In this document: piece by piece, positions 13,490-26,493 of the stretch
Position numbering within the stretch: the first letter of the stretch is position 1
Layout: each line of letters opens with the position of its first letter
Source of the DNA: Ylistrum balloti
Lineage: Eukaryota
Reading direction: 5' to 3'
Length of the DNA stretch: 64,000 nucleotides
Assembly (NCBI RefSeq): GCF_031769215.1
Contig: NW_026782542.1
Location: forward strand, 558,001 to 622,000
The notes under the pieces: generated by a model
Databases searched by the model: none
Seen by the model: only the letters and a program-made list of their open reading frames with translations
What the model was told of the DNA's origin: nothing
Translations under genes and position numbers: made by a program

Positions 13490-14430
13490 GCGTTAATGTG
13501 ATATCAAAACTTGTTTTAGAAGTTTTACTTTCAAACATTTGCCGTAACCTGCATCTTTTATTAATTCATTTAGATATTGGCACGGTTCTGAATATTCACT
13601 TGTACTGAACTTTTTAAAAAAATTATCAGGTATATGAACATTTTGAAATTGATTGAATTGTGGGACTAGTGCACCTCCGTATCGTCCTTCTCGCCCCATT
13701 TCTTTCCTTCAATTTCGGTTTTCCTCAGTCGCCTCCTTGTTCAAATTTGAAACCTTAGCATCACTAACGACTCGAAGAAGGGCGAAGCATCTGTATTATG
13801 CAGTCTGATTACATGTAATAATTTGACTCTCCTCTATCTGATTCTGAGTTTGTACCTTAGGGTGCAATTCGCTTGTGTGACTTTTGTACAATCTTCAATG
13901 GCCGAGCCAACTTTAATATATAATATGTGTATATAGTCTGGTCCTATCTGAGCACCAGAAACGTCGAACTTCATTTATGTAACACGTCTTGTATCTGTGA
14001 ACGATAAAACGTCATATTTCTCTCTTACAACACACTTATCTAGATCATTACATGAGGAGTTGGAGCGTGAAATCGGCTTCTGGGTGCTCAGACGGCCATT
14101 TTTACTGGGTTTATTTTCCAGACAGCCATAACAGACATGCTTATGGTTGACATCTCGCTACAAAGACAGTCATGTAACCGTGTTATTATGCGTTTACCAC
14201 TATACCCAAGTACAGATAGCAACTAACCTCATCAATCTCCTCACACTCACATTTTACAGAGCTTTCTTTACCGTCACCTAATATTCCTTAGTTAAATCAC
14301 TCGGAGTGTTTCCGCTATTCTTGGTCGGTAAATATATCCAGTAAAACGAACATGTCCTTGAAACACCAGTACATCTTGTTCATTGCTACATTAAGCCTCA
14401 CTCGTCTCATTACTTCAGAACACATATATC
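13490..14430 (-). mobile_element. Decayed LINE (CR1/L2-like) ORF2, post-RT/C-terminal region, many stops and frameshifts
   Basis: Manual minus-strand translation gives collinear LINE motifs: RVRLNVA..DVLVF, EEIDEVSCYLYLGIVV (14195-14242), VVR(G)EI*RF (14006-14031; cf. GELGR), FALLRV, LRFQI*TRR (13732-13758; cf. IETGR), DDTEVH. Confidence 0.72.
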
Positions 14431-15987
14431 TAAAATAAACTTCATTTTTTTTGTTCAAAGAATTTGCAACTAAAGGGTCTTGTTGTACATTCTCTCTTTT
14501 TGTGAGGGTTTTAATCTGTGTCTAGAATCCTTTGATTAAAGTTTATCTATTTTTTTTTTCATCCTAAAATTTGGTCTCAGGTTGGTTAAAGGTCATTTGT
14601 CTACGTAACCGGTCATAATGCCAGTAAAACATTGATCATTTGGTTTTTGTCCATTAAACACCTTTTCCAGTGTTTTTTTTCAATGTTGACATTATCAAAG
14701 GGTAAATCAACGGGATATTTTCTTCTTCCATTTACCGGAGTCGCACAGGAAGCAATGAAAGACAAATACTATTTCTGAATTTTGATAAACCCGGATTTAT
14801 TTACAGATGATATTGAATTGTAAACCACACGACAGTGTATGCTATAATGTGAAAGTTTTAGCCTAAGATGATAAAACCGGCAAAGCAAGATCACCACGAC
14901 TTCCGCTTTCATGGCCCCGAATTCATGTTCTAAAGCAACATGCCATCTTATATCACTAGCGTTTATCGTATTGTATTTACGTATGAACTGAACCATACAA
15001 ACTTACAAAAACGTGTGTGATTTACAACACAATAAATGCCATGCAGCGCGTGGCCAATTCTGATGTAAATGTTTTTCGTGCATAGAAATGGCGGCGACGA
15101 TTCGCCGGTAAAATGGCTGCTCCACGTGACAGATTACTCTGTTGATAATGAAAATCGGCAAAAAATTTACAACTTTGGTAGATGGTTTAAATATCAGCAT
15201 AGAAGTGCCTTGTCAGGGTATCTTTACTCAGTTTCCAGGACGGCTCACCATATCGCGCCTGTAAAGTATAATAACAAGACATTTCAACGCTAAGATATTC
15301 AATTAATAATATCGACGGACTATTTGGCTGTTTCTCAGTTTTGTTGAACATCGTTCGGTTTTATACATTGATGGCTTTAACAAGTCGCCGAGGAAAATAA
15401 ATAGATACATTCGTTGTAATCCTATAAACCGCCATCGATAAGCCGACGCTCTTCACGAGGAGTCAATGATGAATAATACATCCGTTCAGCTTATTGACTG
15501 AAAATCTAATGGATACCGATTCTATTACAAATACAATCAATTATCCGAATGATGTTGATACAGTCTTTTGATGAATTAATAATAAACAAAAAGTGGAGAG
15601 CGTGCAATATTTATGACATCTGATTAAGTACTCGATATACATGAATGTTTACGACATTTTTACCTGAGCTTTGCCGGCAGTCGTGTTAATTCTTTATACA
15701 TCCGCTATAGATTATTGACTTAAGGATTCTGTGGAGTACCGATTTTTATCATCCTCCGAGACAAACCGATCAACTTCATTTTAACGATCATTATTTTATA
15801 AATAAGTTATATCAATCTTTCAACAGTGCCTGGCATGACGAGTAGGCTGGTTTGTGTCCAAGTCTGTACTGATCGATGCTGTCGCTACACCGCTTAACGC
15901 ACAATACTCAATCAATATTTGTCAAATAAGATGTTAACTTTATTTATTTTACAACAGTTGCAAAACAAAATATTTTAACTTATCCTA

Positions 15988-16094
15988 GCGCGCGAGGATC
16001 AGAGGAAACCCTTACGATCGGACGGGTGACCCATACCTTCCTCGGACGGCTAGGTGAAAGGCGAGTGCGTTACCACTGTGCTATCCGACCACTC
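15988..16094 (-). mobile_element. tRNA-derived SINE remnant (V-domain family), internally deleted
   Basis: Reverse complement: ggtcggatagcacagtggtaacgcactcgcctttcacctag...ggtatgggtcacccgtcc...gggtttcctc. Confidence 0.65.
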
Positions 16095-16889
16095 AAATAT
16101 ATTTTCAAATATATCAACATTATTCATTAAAACAACAATTTCATCCTTAGATAGGCAACATTATATATACTTGATTTAAACAGACGACAAATCGGTTTTA
16201 AGTTCAGTGCTGTACTGATATGATTAATGATAATCGTCCATTCGACACAAAATCGCAATTGTTCTAGGAAACCAGTTTGCTTTGTAAAACAACCGTATGA
16301 GTCAGGTAGACCATGATACATATCACAGTATACCTACATCTCCAAAACAAGTCTGGTTTATTGTCAGTGAGTGAGTTGTTCACCTGTATGATAGGAACCA
16401 AAACGTGTTACCATTCTGCAACAAAACACACGTAGTATGTACACGTTATTTTTGTAGAAATCTCACGGGGGCCAATCATTAACGCGAAGAAAATGCCTAG
16501 CCCATTAAACATGAAGAATATAGCGATGGTACGGGAATGATTTCCATGTAAATTGCGAATATTCATGTAGAGATTCCATATAGTTAAGAACGAAATACCA
16601 CTAGGAGGAATAGAAAACATGCAAATTGCACGTGAGTATTGTAACTTGCCTTTACTAATCACTGAAGGATATATAATATTGTAATAATGGTAGTCGACGA
16701 CCCATTGCCATTACGATACGTACGACCCCCTGGTACAATAAATCAAATGTCGACAATAAACTTTCTTTCGAATCTGTGATCATTTTCTCCTTTCATTGGG
16801 ACTTTATCTATAAATAATCATACCTATTACAGGACAAGGTATCTATTTATCTAACGAGTTCTAAGTCCACTATGACGGCCTTTCGGCAT

Positions 16890-17078
16890 TTCAGTGGACG
16901 GGGGAACAAGTTATCGGCTTATATCAATTATACCCGTTGGCCCGGATTGAAGAGCTGCATGTCTTACTGTGGGAGGAAACCGGACTATCAGTAGAAAACC
17001 CACGTGGTCAGACAAGTAATGCTATACCTTTTCACTTCCAATGGGAAAAGCAGGCGCGGTACCACTGCGCTACTAGAT
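16890..17078 (-). mobile_element. tRNA-derived SINE with V-SINE-like central domain
   Basis: Reverse complement has A-box-like agcgcagtggta, then ccacgtgggttttctactgatagtccggtttcctcccaca (16968-17007), matching the V-domain consensus GGGTTT(T/C)CTCCGGGT(A/G)CTCCGGTTTCCTCCCAC, followed by gtaagacatgc. Confidence 0.72.
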
Positions 17079-17980
17079 CGACATTATTGACAGGAACAAT
17101 AGAAATGTGACAACGGGAAGCATGTTCTGAGAGACTGTCTCGATATATCAGTAAACGCCGGTCCATCAAGGTCTTCTCGCAATGCCATGAAACATTGGAT
17201 GGACGATGGATAACATGAAAAATGTTGGAATATAAGCGAAAAAAAAAAAAACAAACAAACAAACAAACAATCATTGACTTTCAAATGTGTACAGATAAGT
17301 CGTAAATTACACATATATCTCAGACAAGAAAAGCAGAAATGGTTGCACGGAAGTCCATGACAGGCTCTGAAATTGAAGGCTGAAAAGAAAATACATAAAC
17401 ACAAAGGTTACAATAGAGCGTTTTAGTGACCAGCAAAGTCATACGTATTATTGCATGGTATAGTAGCCAGTTATCTTCTAACCCAAAATCTTCGCGGGAA
17501 GTTTTATTAAGTACAAATGCAGAACAGAAAACCCATGTCTTCTGCAATAAGTTATCATGCTGTCCCTTAAAGAGAGTTTTGCGTGCGACCGTTCTAGAAC
17601 GCATATTGAACGTCAACATTGCGTTTGATTTCAGCATTACTTTATATACGATGGGTGATATGTTGAAGATAGCCACTCTACACAGAGACTAGCCATACGA
17701 TCGTGTAATATACAACGTCTGGAGTAGCGTCTCAGGAGGCTAACATTGGGAAGAAATCATGAAATCAATTCTAGGAGATGCATATTCTTCAGTTGACACG
17801 CCGAAACTCGGTGTAACGCACGGATATGACTGTTACATTGTTTCTTGCGTCCACATTTGAAAGCAATATTGTTGGTTACTATTTTCAAATTTTTATTCTG
17901 GAGTAGTTTTTTTTGGCAAATGAAAGCCATGTTTCAAAATTTTAATGTTTCCCACTACATCGGCATACAGTGATGACTAT

Positions 17981-18311
17981 CAGCGACGGCAATAACAGTT
18001 AAACCACACCGTTCGTTACCTCAGATGAAGATCTGAAATGCGTGGTTCAATTCTCTCTACCCATGGCGGTTTGCGCTCCTCGTGGATCTAAGAAACAGGC
18101 TGGTATACGATGTCGTGGTTGTGCCTTTGACAAAACACATAACCCTTAATGATATGGATTGCATGCGGCGGGCCTCGCGTATGTTAATCAGTGAGGCAGC
18201 CACCAGTTCATACATATAAAACCACCCTCAAACTTGCACTGCTGTTTAAGTGACAATGAGCTAAAACAAAACTATTAGCGATGACTTAGGACGCAGCCTA
18301 CACAAACAAAC
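17981..18311 (+). mobile_element. tRNA-derived SINE with CORE-like domain
   Basis: B-box-like ggttcaattc (18044-18053), CORE-like ttgtgcctttgacaaaacacataaccct (cf. GTGTCCTTGGGCAAGACACTTAACC), caaa-repeat tail at 18302-18311. Confidence 0.5.
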
Positions 18312-18489
18312 ATCGTTAGTAATGTAATAATTCATAAACAAAAATAATGAATATTGGAAATTAGTCTGTGCTGACCTCGAGAACAAGTCTGAATAGTCGG
18401 TTGACATTTATGGTAGTATTTATGACCTCTGAAAATATCGTGGTATCCGACGGGCTGAAAGCTTTCTCATTGAAAGATTTTCCGTAAGA

Positions 18490-18880
18490 ATTTCGTGTAT
18501 TATTCCATGTGAAACCCCTGCCGTACTAGCTATTTATCTCTCTCTCTGTAACTCGCTTGTCAGCCATAATACTATCATGGCCTTTAGTAAAAAAATCTAT
18601 GGTTGCAACAATGACAGCGTCATCCCCAAGGCTCTGTCTGCCACACTTAATTTCCATGAGCTGACCAAATGAAACCAGTCTTCGTTGACATAACCTTAAG
18701 TAGTCAGGAAATAGTAAACATGAAAAAGGACATCCTTGCATCACTTCTGCAATACAATGCTCACAACTTATTAACCAGCACTCGTACTATTTGATGTTTC
18801 AAAGAGAAAGAGCTGTCCAGGTGTTTTTTGCCCAATTCCTATCGTATCAAGAACTTTGCAATAAAACTGTTTTGAAATGA
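18490..18880 (-). mobile_element. Decayed non-LTR retrotransposon reverse transcriptase fragment
   Basis: Minus strand: QIVRVLVN..., EVMQGCPFSCLLF (18709-18738; cf. GVRQGCPLSPLLF), then 28 aa later LGDDAVIVA (18619-18630; cf. YADD); spacing typical of LINE RT. Confidence 0.65.
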
Positions 18881-20493
18881 AATGGTATACCGAAGGTTGA
18901 TATTTCGCGAATCATCAGTACTTGTTAATAGTAACAGTGGCTTTCAAGACTGAGTTATATTATGGTTTGTTATGATTAAAATAAAGAAAAAGAAAATATG
19001 AACGCTCTGTTCCAGACATTTCAATCGGTATATATTCAATTTACAGGAAATGTAGCCCTTGAAAATCTACTGATTATTTGATTGATAATGCTTATCTGAC
19101 AAAGATCTGGCTTGTGTAACCACCTATTTACAATATTAGGAGAATTTTGAGCCGAAATGTCGGTAATGCATTAAATGTATCCATGCGTAAACAAATGCCA
19201 CCACGCACCAGTATTGCCATTGGAATCATCAGATTATCTGTTAAAGTCAAAGTGGTGTGCTTCATGTCGCAAAGCTTTCAGCGGTTATACATGGCCAGGG
19301 CAAATACATCGTGTAAGGTCTGATTCTTTGAAGCACAAAGCCCATACAAAGACCATGTATGCGAGTAGCTACAGATAATATGCATGCATTGCATTTAGAT
19401 TTAAATGACAAATACATCCTTTAAAGTATAATACACGGAAATCAAGCTCATCAAGCAGTGACACACCACTACATCAATATTATCCATAAAAGGACAACAG
19501 CATCGCCCGAAGGCATACTGAAGAGAAAAAGGCTAGACAGCTTAGAGACAAAAATGTTCTGTTAGGGATTCACCGGAGGGAGGGTAATACGTTTAGAAAG
19601 TGTTGGAAACGTGTGTGCCTGTTACTACTTCCACGTAAAATGATACAGAAACGGATAATTGTGGAGATTTCCTATTTCTCATCACAATACGTTCAGTCAG
19701 GGACAATATATGTAAGTTAGTCTCCAATCTGTAGTAAGATACACTAATGAAGAGTAGGGAGAATGCTAACATTGAAGAGTAAAACACGCTCAAATTTTGT
19801 CTTTCATCATTCTGGTCAACTTGAAATTTATGTTTAGGGCATTATTTTATTTATCAGGCAGCATTTATGTCAAAAGGTTATATAACTTCACAATTTTAAT
19901 AATTATCTTTGTTTACCTGACGTTAACGTTAGCTGAATTTACGTAATTAAGTATGTTAAATAATTGCTCCACAGAGAAATGTAGTAACAAAACTAAACAG
20001 ATACGACTGCAATTTAGTACATTTTCATATATAAACCTTTTCCTTTCATCAAATAAAACTAGCCAATTTAAGCACTCAAACCATAACGTGTAATATTTGA
20101 TTAAACCGGGAATATATTTTGTCGAATGAATGAATGTGCTTTAATATAGCTAGTTGTCCGTCACTGTCGAATACGCTACGGATATTCTGATAATAAAAGT
20201 GCTAGTTGCAGGCTAATAGTTGAATCAAATCATAATACTGAACACGTACCAGGATATTGCGTTTAAGATGACCGCAATGTGGATGATACAAATCTGACGG
20301 AAATATGAAAATGATTAATTTTAATTCACAATATACACATGTACAGAATGTACTTGACTATGCTCTAAAACTGCCTGATATGTAAAAATTTCCAAATTTA
20401 TTGAATCATGGTTCTATTGCGTCTTTCCATCTAGATTTTGACTTTTATTTCGATCACTTTAGAATTTCCTAAGCTTCAAAACTTAGACCCTTG

Positions 20494-20537
20494 GCATCAC
20501 TGACGAGTTCTAGAAGGACCAAATAGCTGTATGATGC
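20494..20537 (+). ncRNA. Decayed minimal type I hammerhead ribozyme (core G12 reads C)
   Basis: gcatca [CTGACGA] gttc-tagaa-ggac [cAAA] tagctg [TA] tgatgc: stem I gcatca/tgatgc (6 bp), stem II 4 bp, loopless palindromic stem III, GUA cleavage triplet; GAAA is CAAA. Confidence 0.6.
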
Positions 20538-22699
20538 ATTTTAATTAATTAATTGGCTCTACTCTACTCTATTTGTATTAAAGGGTACTATTCACTTGTG
20601 TGTCCTTTTTTACAATCTTCGGGATTTTCCCCTTGTTTCCAGGTATAATATAGACCGCTGTTGTACTGCATTATTTTCTGTTTTTGCTCCGAGCGTCACT
20701 CACTAAGGGACTCTTTCCCCCATTACCGTACTTTTATATAGTACCAAAATTGATAATTAACACTGTTGGGAGACTCCATTCATTGACAAGAATTTATATT
20801 ATAGTTCATCAACTGTATATCCGACTTGAAGAAGCATATACCTGTATGTTTTAAAGTGTTACGTAGAGTACATATGGAAGTCTCTCTCGTGCTGTGTTTA
20901 TTACTACGCCTGAACTTCCGGTCTCCCGGGTCGGTTTATAGAAATAATGCTGTACTTTGAGCCTGACGCACATGCGGGAGCTATCCATTACAACGGTCAA
21001 TATACGAGCTGGAAGTACACCTAATACAGGATGACAGCAATAGCACACGGGTACTTAACATCATTTGACAGTGCAAAACCAAATGAAGAATATCTGAACG
21101 TCAAATTTACCCGCTCGGTGAATTCTTTTAAGAATGTTGTCATCTATTCCGACCATCTGTGTCTGATCCCTGGAGACCTGTGCTTCACGAGTACAATAAT
21201 GTGTATCATTTTTCTTTGATGGCAAAACCATCATGACCTATGCCAAACCCTTCCCTCAACTGTTACTGTCAGGTTACTATAGAATCGTAGCAATTAACAA
21301 AACCGTTTAACCGAGAATATGGAAATAAAGATAAAAAAATCTTTTTATAACCCGTTATAGCTGTTGTTATTGTCAGTTTGATGTTCGTCTTATCAGGGAA
21401 CACAAAAGAGGGAAATATGACATTTATTGAGATATGATCCTGGCGTATCCACTCTTTTTGATTTTGATATTCATTTCAACCAATTGTAATTTTGCAACGT
21501 CGTCTCATGACATCCGTTCATAAAGAAATAGTGCATCTACCCATTGTGATATACTAGACATTTCAACCAAGCTTGGCTTCCCTCATTTGCCTCCTAATTT
21601 TTCAACTCTAAGCCTAAATGCCAAATAACAAATGGATAGACAGTTGTGTCCTTTAGTTTTATTTATTATTCAGTCATGCTGTATCTAATAAGAAATTTGT
21701 CTTTCTCTTGTTCAATCCTAAAATATATTTTATCGGTGATTTTGTTTTCTATTCGAAAAACATATCGAGATCATGTTTGTATAAATTATTACTGTGTATC
21801 ACGATTTCATTTTCTTTTATCCTGTTATGAAAGAAGATCAAACATGTACACGTAATGACTGTCTTATTTTACAACATCAATGCCGTCACACAGTCTTGCA
21901 ATAAGGCAATGATAATATTTGTATTCACTGAATAGTCACGTGTATAGCAATTTTGTATCTTTAACACTGGTATAAGATACACGTAAGTAAGTCATAAAAT
22001 TTGTCTTATAAAACATAAATCGGCAACATACAGCTGCTTCCTACTTAAGAACACCTCAGTAATGCTAGGGGCTAACGATTAGGGACTAGACAATTCCGGG
22101 CACCATCTGGAACACTGCATTTACTTTTTGTTTTTACTAGATCTTTACAAGAAATTTTGCCAGTTTTGTACATTAAATATATCAATATTACACTTCAACT
22201 TTAATGCGCCCAACCATCAACAGAGCGGAACTGTTTGTTTTTGAACATTGTTTTTTCTGAGATGTACTGTTTGATTGTTATGATGCTGATGATTCTGAAC
22301 AAGAAACTTTAAAAGTATAAGGACCATGCCTTATATATATATATATATTTGCGTCCTCCATGCTTATACCCACACATATAATCACTGATTCCAGTTCCCC
22401 CAGTTCTCACTTCGCTATCTGTGCTCGAACGCCAATATCCCTTGTAACTCTATTTCGAACCTTTCCCAAACAGCATTGCATTTAATGTCATATAATGGCG
22501 TATGCTTATTTTCAAAATTATTATCACTCAAAGAAGAAGAAGAATGGAGTGTAGTGATGGCCTTCGGCTGCCCATAATGATTCAAACTCGGTATGATTTA
22601 TATATAAATTAGTCAATAGTGAAAAAACAGTGCAAGACTCCCAGTCTGTTGGGGGATTAATTTGATTGGAAACACTGGATGAACTATAATGGAGATGCA

Positions 22700-23160
22700 A
22701 TATTCATTAAAAACTTCATAAAGATATTATTTGCAGAAGGCATCCTGCTCCCTCTCGATAGAAACTATCACACGGCTAATTAAGCTGTCAAGGCAGAAGT
22801 TTGGCGAGATGAAGAATAAGTTAATCTCCCGACCTATCGTATTTAATTCCAATTGTTTGAGTGTTATTTTCAAGCATGACTGGTTTTCATCATGCTATAT
22901 AAATCACGCAGTAATGCTGTTCACGTTTGATTTGCTCTCGGAAAGAAGACTTGTAACATGCTCCACACAGAACATGTGTATGTGTGCATAGCTGGGGAAT
23001 TCACATCTTCTTCTTCAATATGGTAAAAAGTGAAATTGCCAGTTCATTGCATTACCATGGGAAAAATATAGCGCTATAATTACAGTTAAATGATACGAAA
23101 AGATTTCTTGATTATAAAAAAAAATTTAAAACTTGTCCATTTTATACTATTTAGTATTCT
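22700..23160 (+). mobile_element. Decayed LINE (CR1/L2-like) ORF2 C-terminal region
   Basis: Collinear frameshifted motifs: KLHKDIICRR (22711-), TAN*AVKAEVWR (~22770-22807), IFKHDWFS, CA*LGNSHLLLQYGKK (22984-23030; cf. AKLR.S.H.L.IETGR), TCPFY (23131-23145). Confidence 0.55.
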
Positions 23161-23469
23161 GTGATATCTTTGTTACCATTGGACATGTTCCTTGGTTACC
23201 ATTTGGTATCATGAAATGATCCATAGGTCACCATTAAACAACACTCTTTGTTCTCATAGATTTCTCTATTGAATACCAATTTGTATTTTCCATTATCCAT
23301 AGAACTTAATTCTATCAGACACAACTTGACAGAGTATAGTTTTTCTTTATTTACATATACATGAAACAACTTCAATTTTCTCATAAGCAAATACTAAATA
23401 TTTCCGAGTGTTGCTTTCTGTAACTCCAGGATAAATTAAACATTCCATCGGTTACTACGACATCTTTTC

Positions 23470-23625
23470 AAACTATCCCTTGTAACCACTAATCTATTAT
23501 AAACTGTCCCCTTGGTAACCACTGATTTATCAAACTATTCCCTTGTAACCACTAATCTATTATAAACTGTCCCCTTGGTTACCACTAATTGGTTATAAAC
23601 TATCCCCTTGGTTAGCACTGATTTA
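23470..23625. repeat. Minisatellite, 5 x 31-33 bp (aaactrtccc(c)ttg(g)taaccact...), alternating A/B units
   Basis: Units start at 23470, 23501, 23532, 23564, 23597; degenerate relatives at ~23170-23205 and ~23950-24035. Confidence 0.85.
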
Positions 23626-23714
23626 TTTTGAAAAGTTTGAAAGTTATGAAAAGCGTTTTGTATTTTTACTTGTGTTGTTTGTATCAGGAGAGACCGCTCT
23701 ACATGAAGTTATTT

Positions 23715-23717
<3 letters not shown>

Positions 23718-23762
<45 letters not shown>
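23718..23762. repeat. (CT)n microsatellite, ~22 units
   Basis: Directly visible. Confidence 0.98.
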
Positions 23763-23765
<3 letters not shown>

Positions 23766-23928
23766 TTCTCTCGTTTTTTTTGTATATTATAATTGTATTT
23801 AAACATGTCGTCTTGTCTTGTTAATATGTATTTTGTAAAATTTTATAGGAAAGGGCTTTATATAAGTTAGAAAACTTGTGCCCAATCCTGCTTGTATACT
23901 TTGTACAAATAAAATATGTTTAAATCAA
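23718..23928 (+). mobile_element. 3' UTR fragment of a CR1-like LINE (same family as 48780-49158)
   Basis: Pyrimidine tract then agggcttta(ta)taagttag(t)aaaacttgtg(c/t)ccaatc...aataaaata...taaatcaa, shared with 49082-49158. Confidence 0.6.
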
Positions 23929-25469
23929 CTGATTTATTTTAAAATATCCTCCTTGGTTACCATTTATTTATTTCACTACCCCCTTGGGCACCACCAATCT
24001 ATTATATTGTCCTTTTGGTCACCACTAACCTATTATACACTAAGAAGCATACATTGGTTTTATATAATGTTTGAGAAGTAAATCAATCGGTGTCATATAG
24101 TGTACGATTTGTACCTGTGCAACATGAGAAGATGTCATGTCTTCGACTGTAAAGTCTTTTATGGCGTAACTAGAAGTTTTGATGCGTTTACTTTCGAGAG
24201 AAAAAAATAGATACATGTGTTCTCAGGGTTGTTTGATGTATGTAAGTAAATGTGCAGATTGTTTATGGTGTCATTTGAATGTATACAAAACGATGAGTTT
24301 ACACTTATATTATTTTATGAAATGTCGTAGAAGAATATCACTATTATTAAAAAAAGTTCAGAAAGTTTTAAACTTTTCTTTAAAAGTGCAATGATAAACC
24401 AAAACTGAAAAAAATGAATCCCTGATCTGTACTTACACCGGATAAACTATTTGAATTTAAACGTGAGTCCAACAGCTCAATTGAATTGTCATACTCTTTA
24501 TTACAGTCTAGAACATTGCATGTTCAATTGCGATACATCGTAATTTTAAAGTGTAAGGATTCCCGTGTGTCTCCAACGTCGTCCGTATGCACGGCAAGTA
24601 CTGTTGGTGTTGAGGACACAGACATTGGTAAGAAATGGTAATATGAAAGTATCTTAGACGCACAGTTAACATATTTTACGACTGTGTATTGGATTGTGGA
24701 ATGCTATCGAAGTGACCTGATGTCAACAGATTCAAAATATTAGTTATACAAATGTAACTGACTGAATTTGATTAAGTATTGACTCGATACATCATTCATG
24801 TCCTTCAAAACATATCGATATTTGTTAATATCTGTCCAACAAAGACGCATAGACATGTTTGCTTAAATGCAATACCCTTTTATCAACAGAATCTCACAAA
24901 TACCACAAATGAGTTGTTGAATTTTCATCCATCTTCATCCAATCAATTATACATATTGATCCTTAAAACAGGAGTTCAGGGGGTTTACTGCTGTCATTGT
25001 AATCATCCGACTCCTCCATGCGATATGACGTCTGATTTAGATACTCATTTTTACATCTGACTATTTAGTTGGCGTTACACCACCTCCCATTTTGAGAGCG
25101 TGACTTCATCCAGAACAACGAACAACTGCTATTTGAAAAAAAACATTGTTTCTATATTTGTTAGTAGATATGTTTCCATGTCTTATATATCTGTGTGTGC
25201 CATTTCGAATTACATCGATGGTGGTCATTATCACTAACAAGCAATTTGCCCTTTCGAAGTAGTAAGAGGACACATCACTCATTCTCTTCAACATTACCCA
25301 TGTCTAACATTGAATAGAGGAATATGTTTAAAGAAAAAAGGGAAAAATAGATGGAATGTTAAGGGTTAGAGTAATTAAAAGAGTGAAAATAACACCACGG
25401 AAACATCTCGAAGAAACAATAATTTAATTCATAAAAAAATCCCTGAAGTGCTTTCCAAGAGCAGGAGAA

Positions 25470-26335
25470 CTATACTGTATTCGTTAGTCTTCTCCTTTGG
25501 CATCCGGAAGTGCCTTTGACACGCAAGACAAAGAAGTGCACCTCCACTGTCGTGACCATCATGAAGGTAAATCTGTCTTCAAGCATTGTGAAGAGCTTGA
25601 GTCTCCTGTGAACTCTTATGTGACGATTTCCTGCAAGGCTATATGGCACCTGAGGGAACAACATATTACGTAAGGTAAATTGCCGATGTTCTACTAGGGT
25701 ACACAGACAAAATGTCTGCCATAGTACGAGCTCTGGTTGGTTCTTAGAATAGTGAATTTAAGCATTCGTTACTTTCCATTAGTGTTCAGAGTTGTGATGC
25801 ATTGTGTTTCTCCTAAAACTACCTGATTGATATGTAGAGTTTTCAAGTTTTAGACAGATAATAGGGCCACATTTGCACTCTTGTGGTTATCTCCAATCAG
25901 AGCCTGAAAGCTAAACGTGAATAATAGACTTTAGGGAAGTATCATTATCCATAATAGTATACTTATGTTCGCACATGAAATCGCGCTCCACATACAAACT
26001 GGACGATATTTGACAACAGGCACCCTTGATATAGGTAATCTTACTGATGCCCACTCTCACGGGATGTCCAGTGTACGCTTTTAAGTTTGTATGCAGATAT
26101 CATGGGACCCGATTCGAATGATATTTTCTGTCTTGTAGATTGTCAATGTGTAAATGTATTTGTAACATGACACAAAATGCAGAGGATACATTAAAGATGC
26201 CGTCCGCTGACAATTCAAATGTTTTATGCTGTCTAACACCAACGTAAACTAGCCCATCCTCGGTGTTATTGACAATTTTCTAATCTCAATCATCACGACG
26301 GCATAGCACTTAAAGGTGGAGAGGACTAATAATGG
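25470..26335 (-). pseudogene. Probable decayed TRIM/NHL-repeat-like beta-propeller coding remnant (3' part)
   Basis: Manual translation with stops and shifts: ISPLH, NNTEDGLVYVGVRQHKTFELSADG (26199-26279), HPVRV, CITTLNTNGK, ADIL..SAIYL, DSGGALLCLAC; resembles the NHL-like region of expanded bivalve TRIM-like families. Motif recall only. Confidence 0.42.
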
Positions 26336-26493
26336 TAATATGGATTTATGTAGAGTTCATAATATTATGAGTAACGTTTCTTCAGGAATACCACAAAATC
26401 AGAACAGGGCAGATTAATTTTAACATAGAATGTTCTTACATGTCCTATTCGTGTTTTCACTAGAGGATCATATATTGTATATAAAGGTTGTTA

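Noticed and set aside
12755-17078. tRNA genes suggested by A-box words (tggcgcagtggtaa)
   Set aside because: No complete cloverleaf; they continue into SINE body sequence.
17320-17692. 118 aa minus and 88 aa plus ORFs
   Set aside because: No recognisable motif or splice context; upstream in-frame stops; cannot assign.
18890-18925. Other CTGANGA words checked for hammerheads (minus 18913, minus 58165, plus 19517, plus 58680)
   Set aside because: No compatible stems II/III or GAAA-NUH arrangement.
25500-26340. Plus-strand B-box-like (HCRDHHEG..HCEELESPV) and NHL-like (LNHHDGIALKGGED) readings
   Set aside because: Key Cys ligands are missing and spacing is wrong; the minus-strand reading gives more collinear motifs. 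This shows such matches can be spurious.
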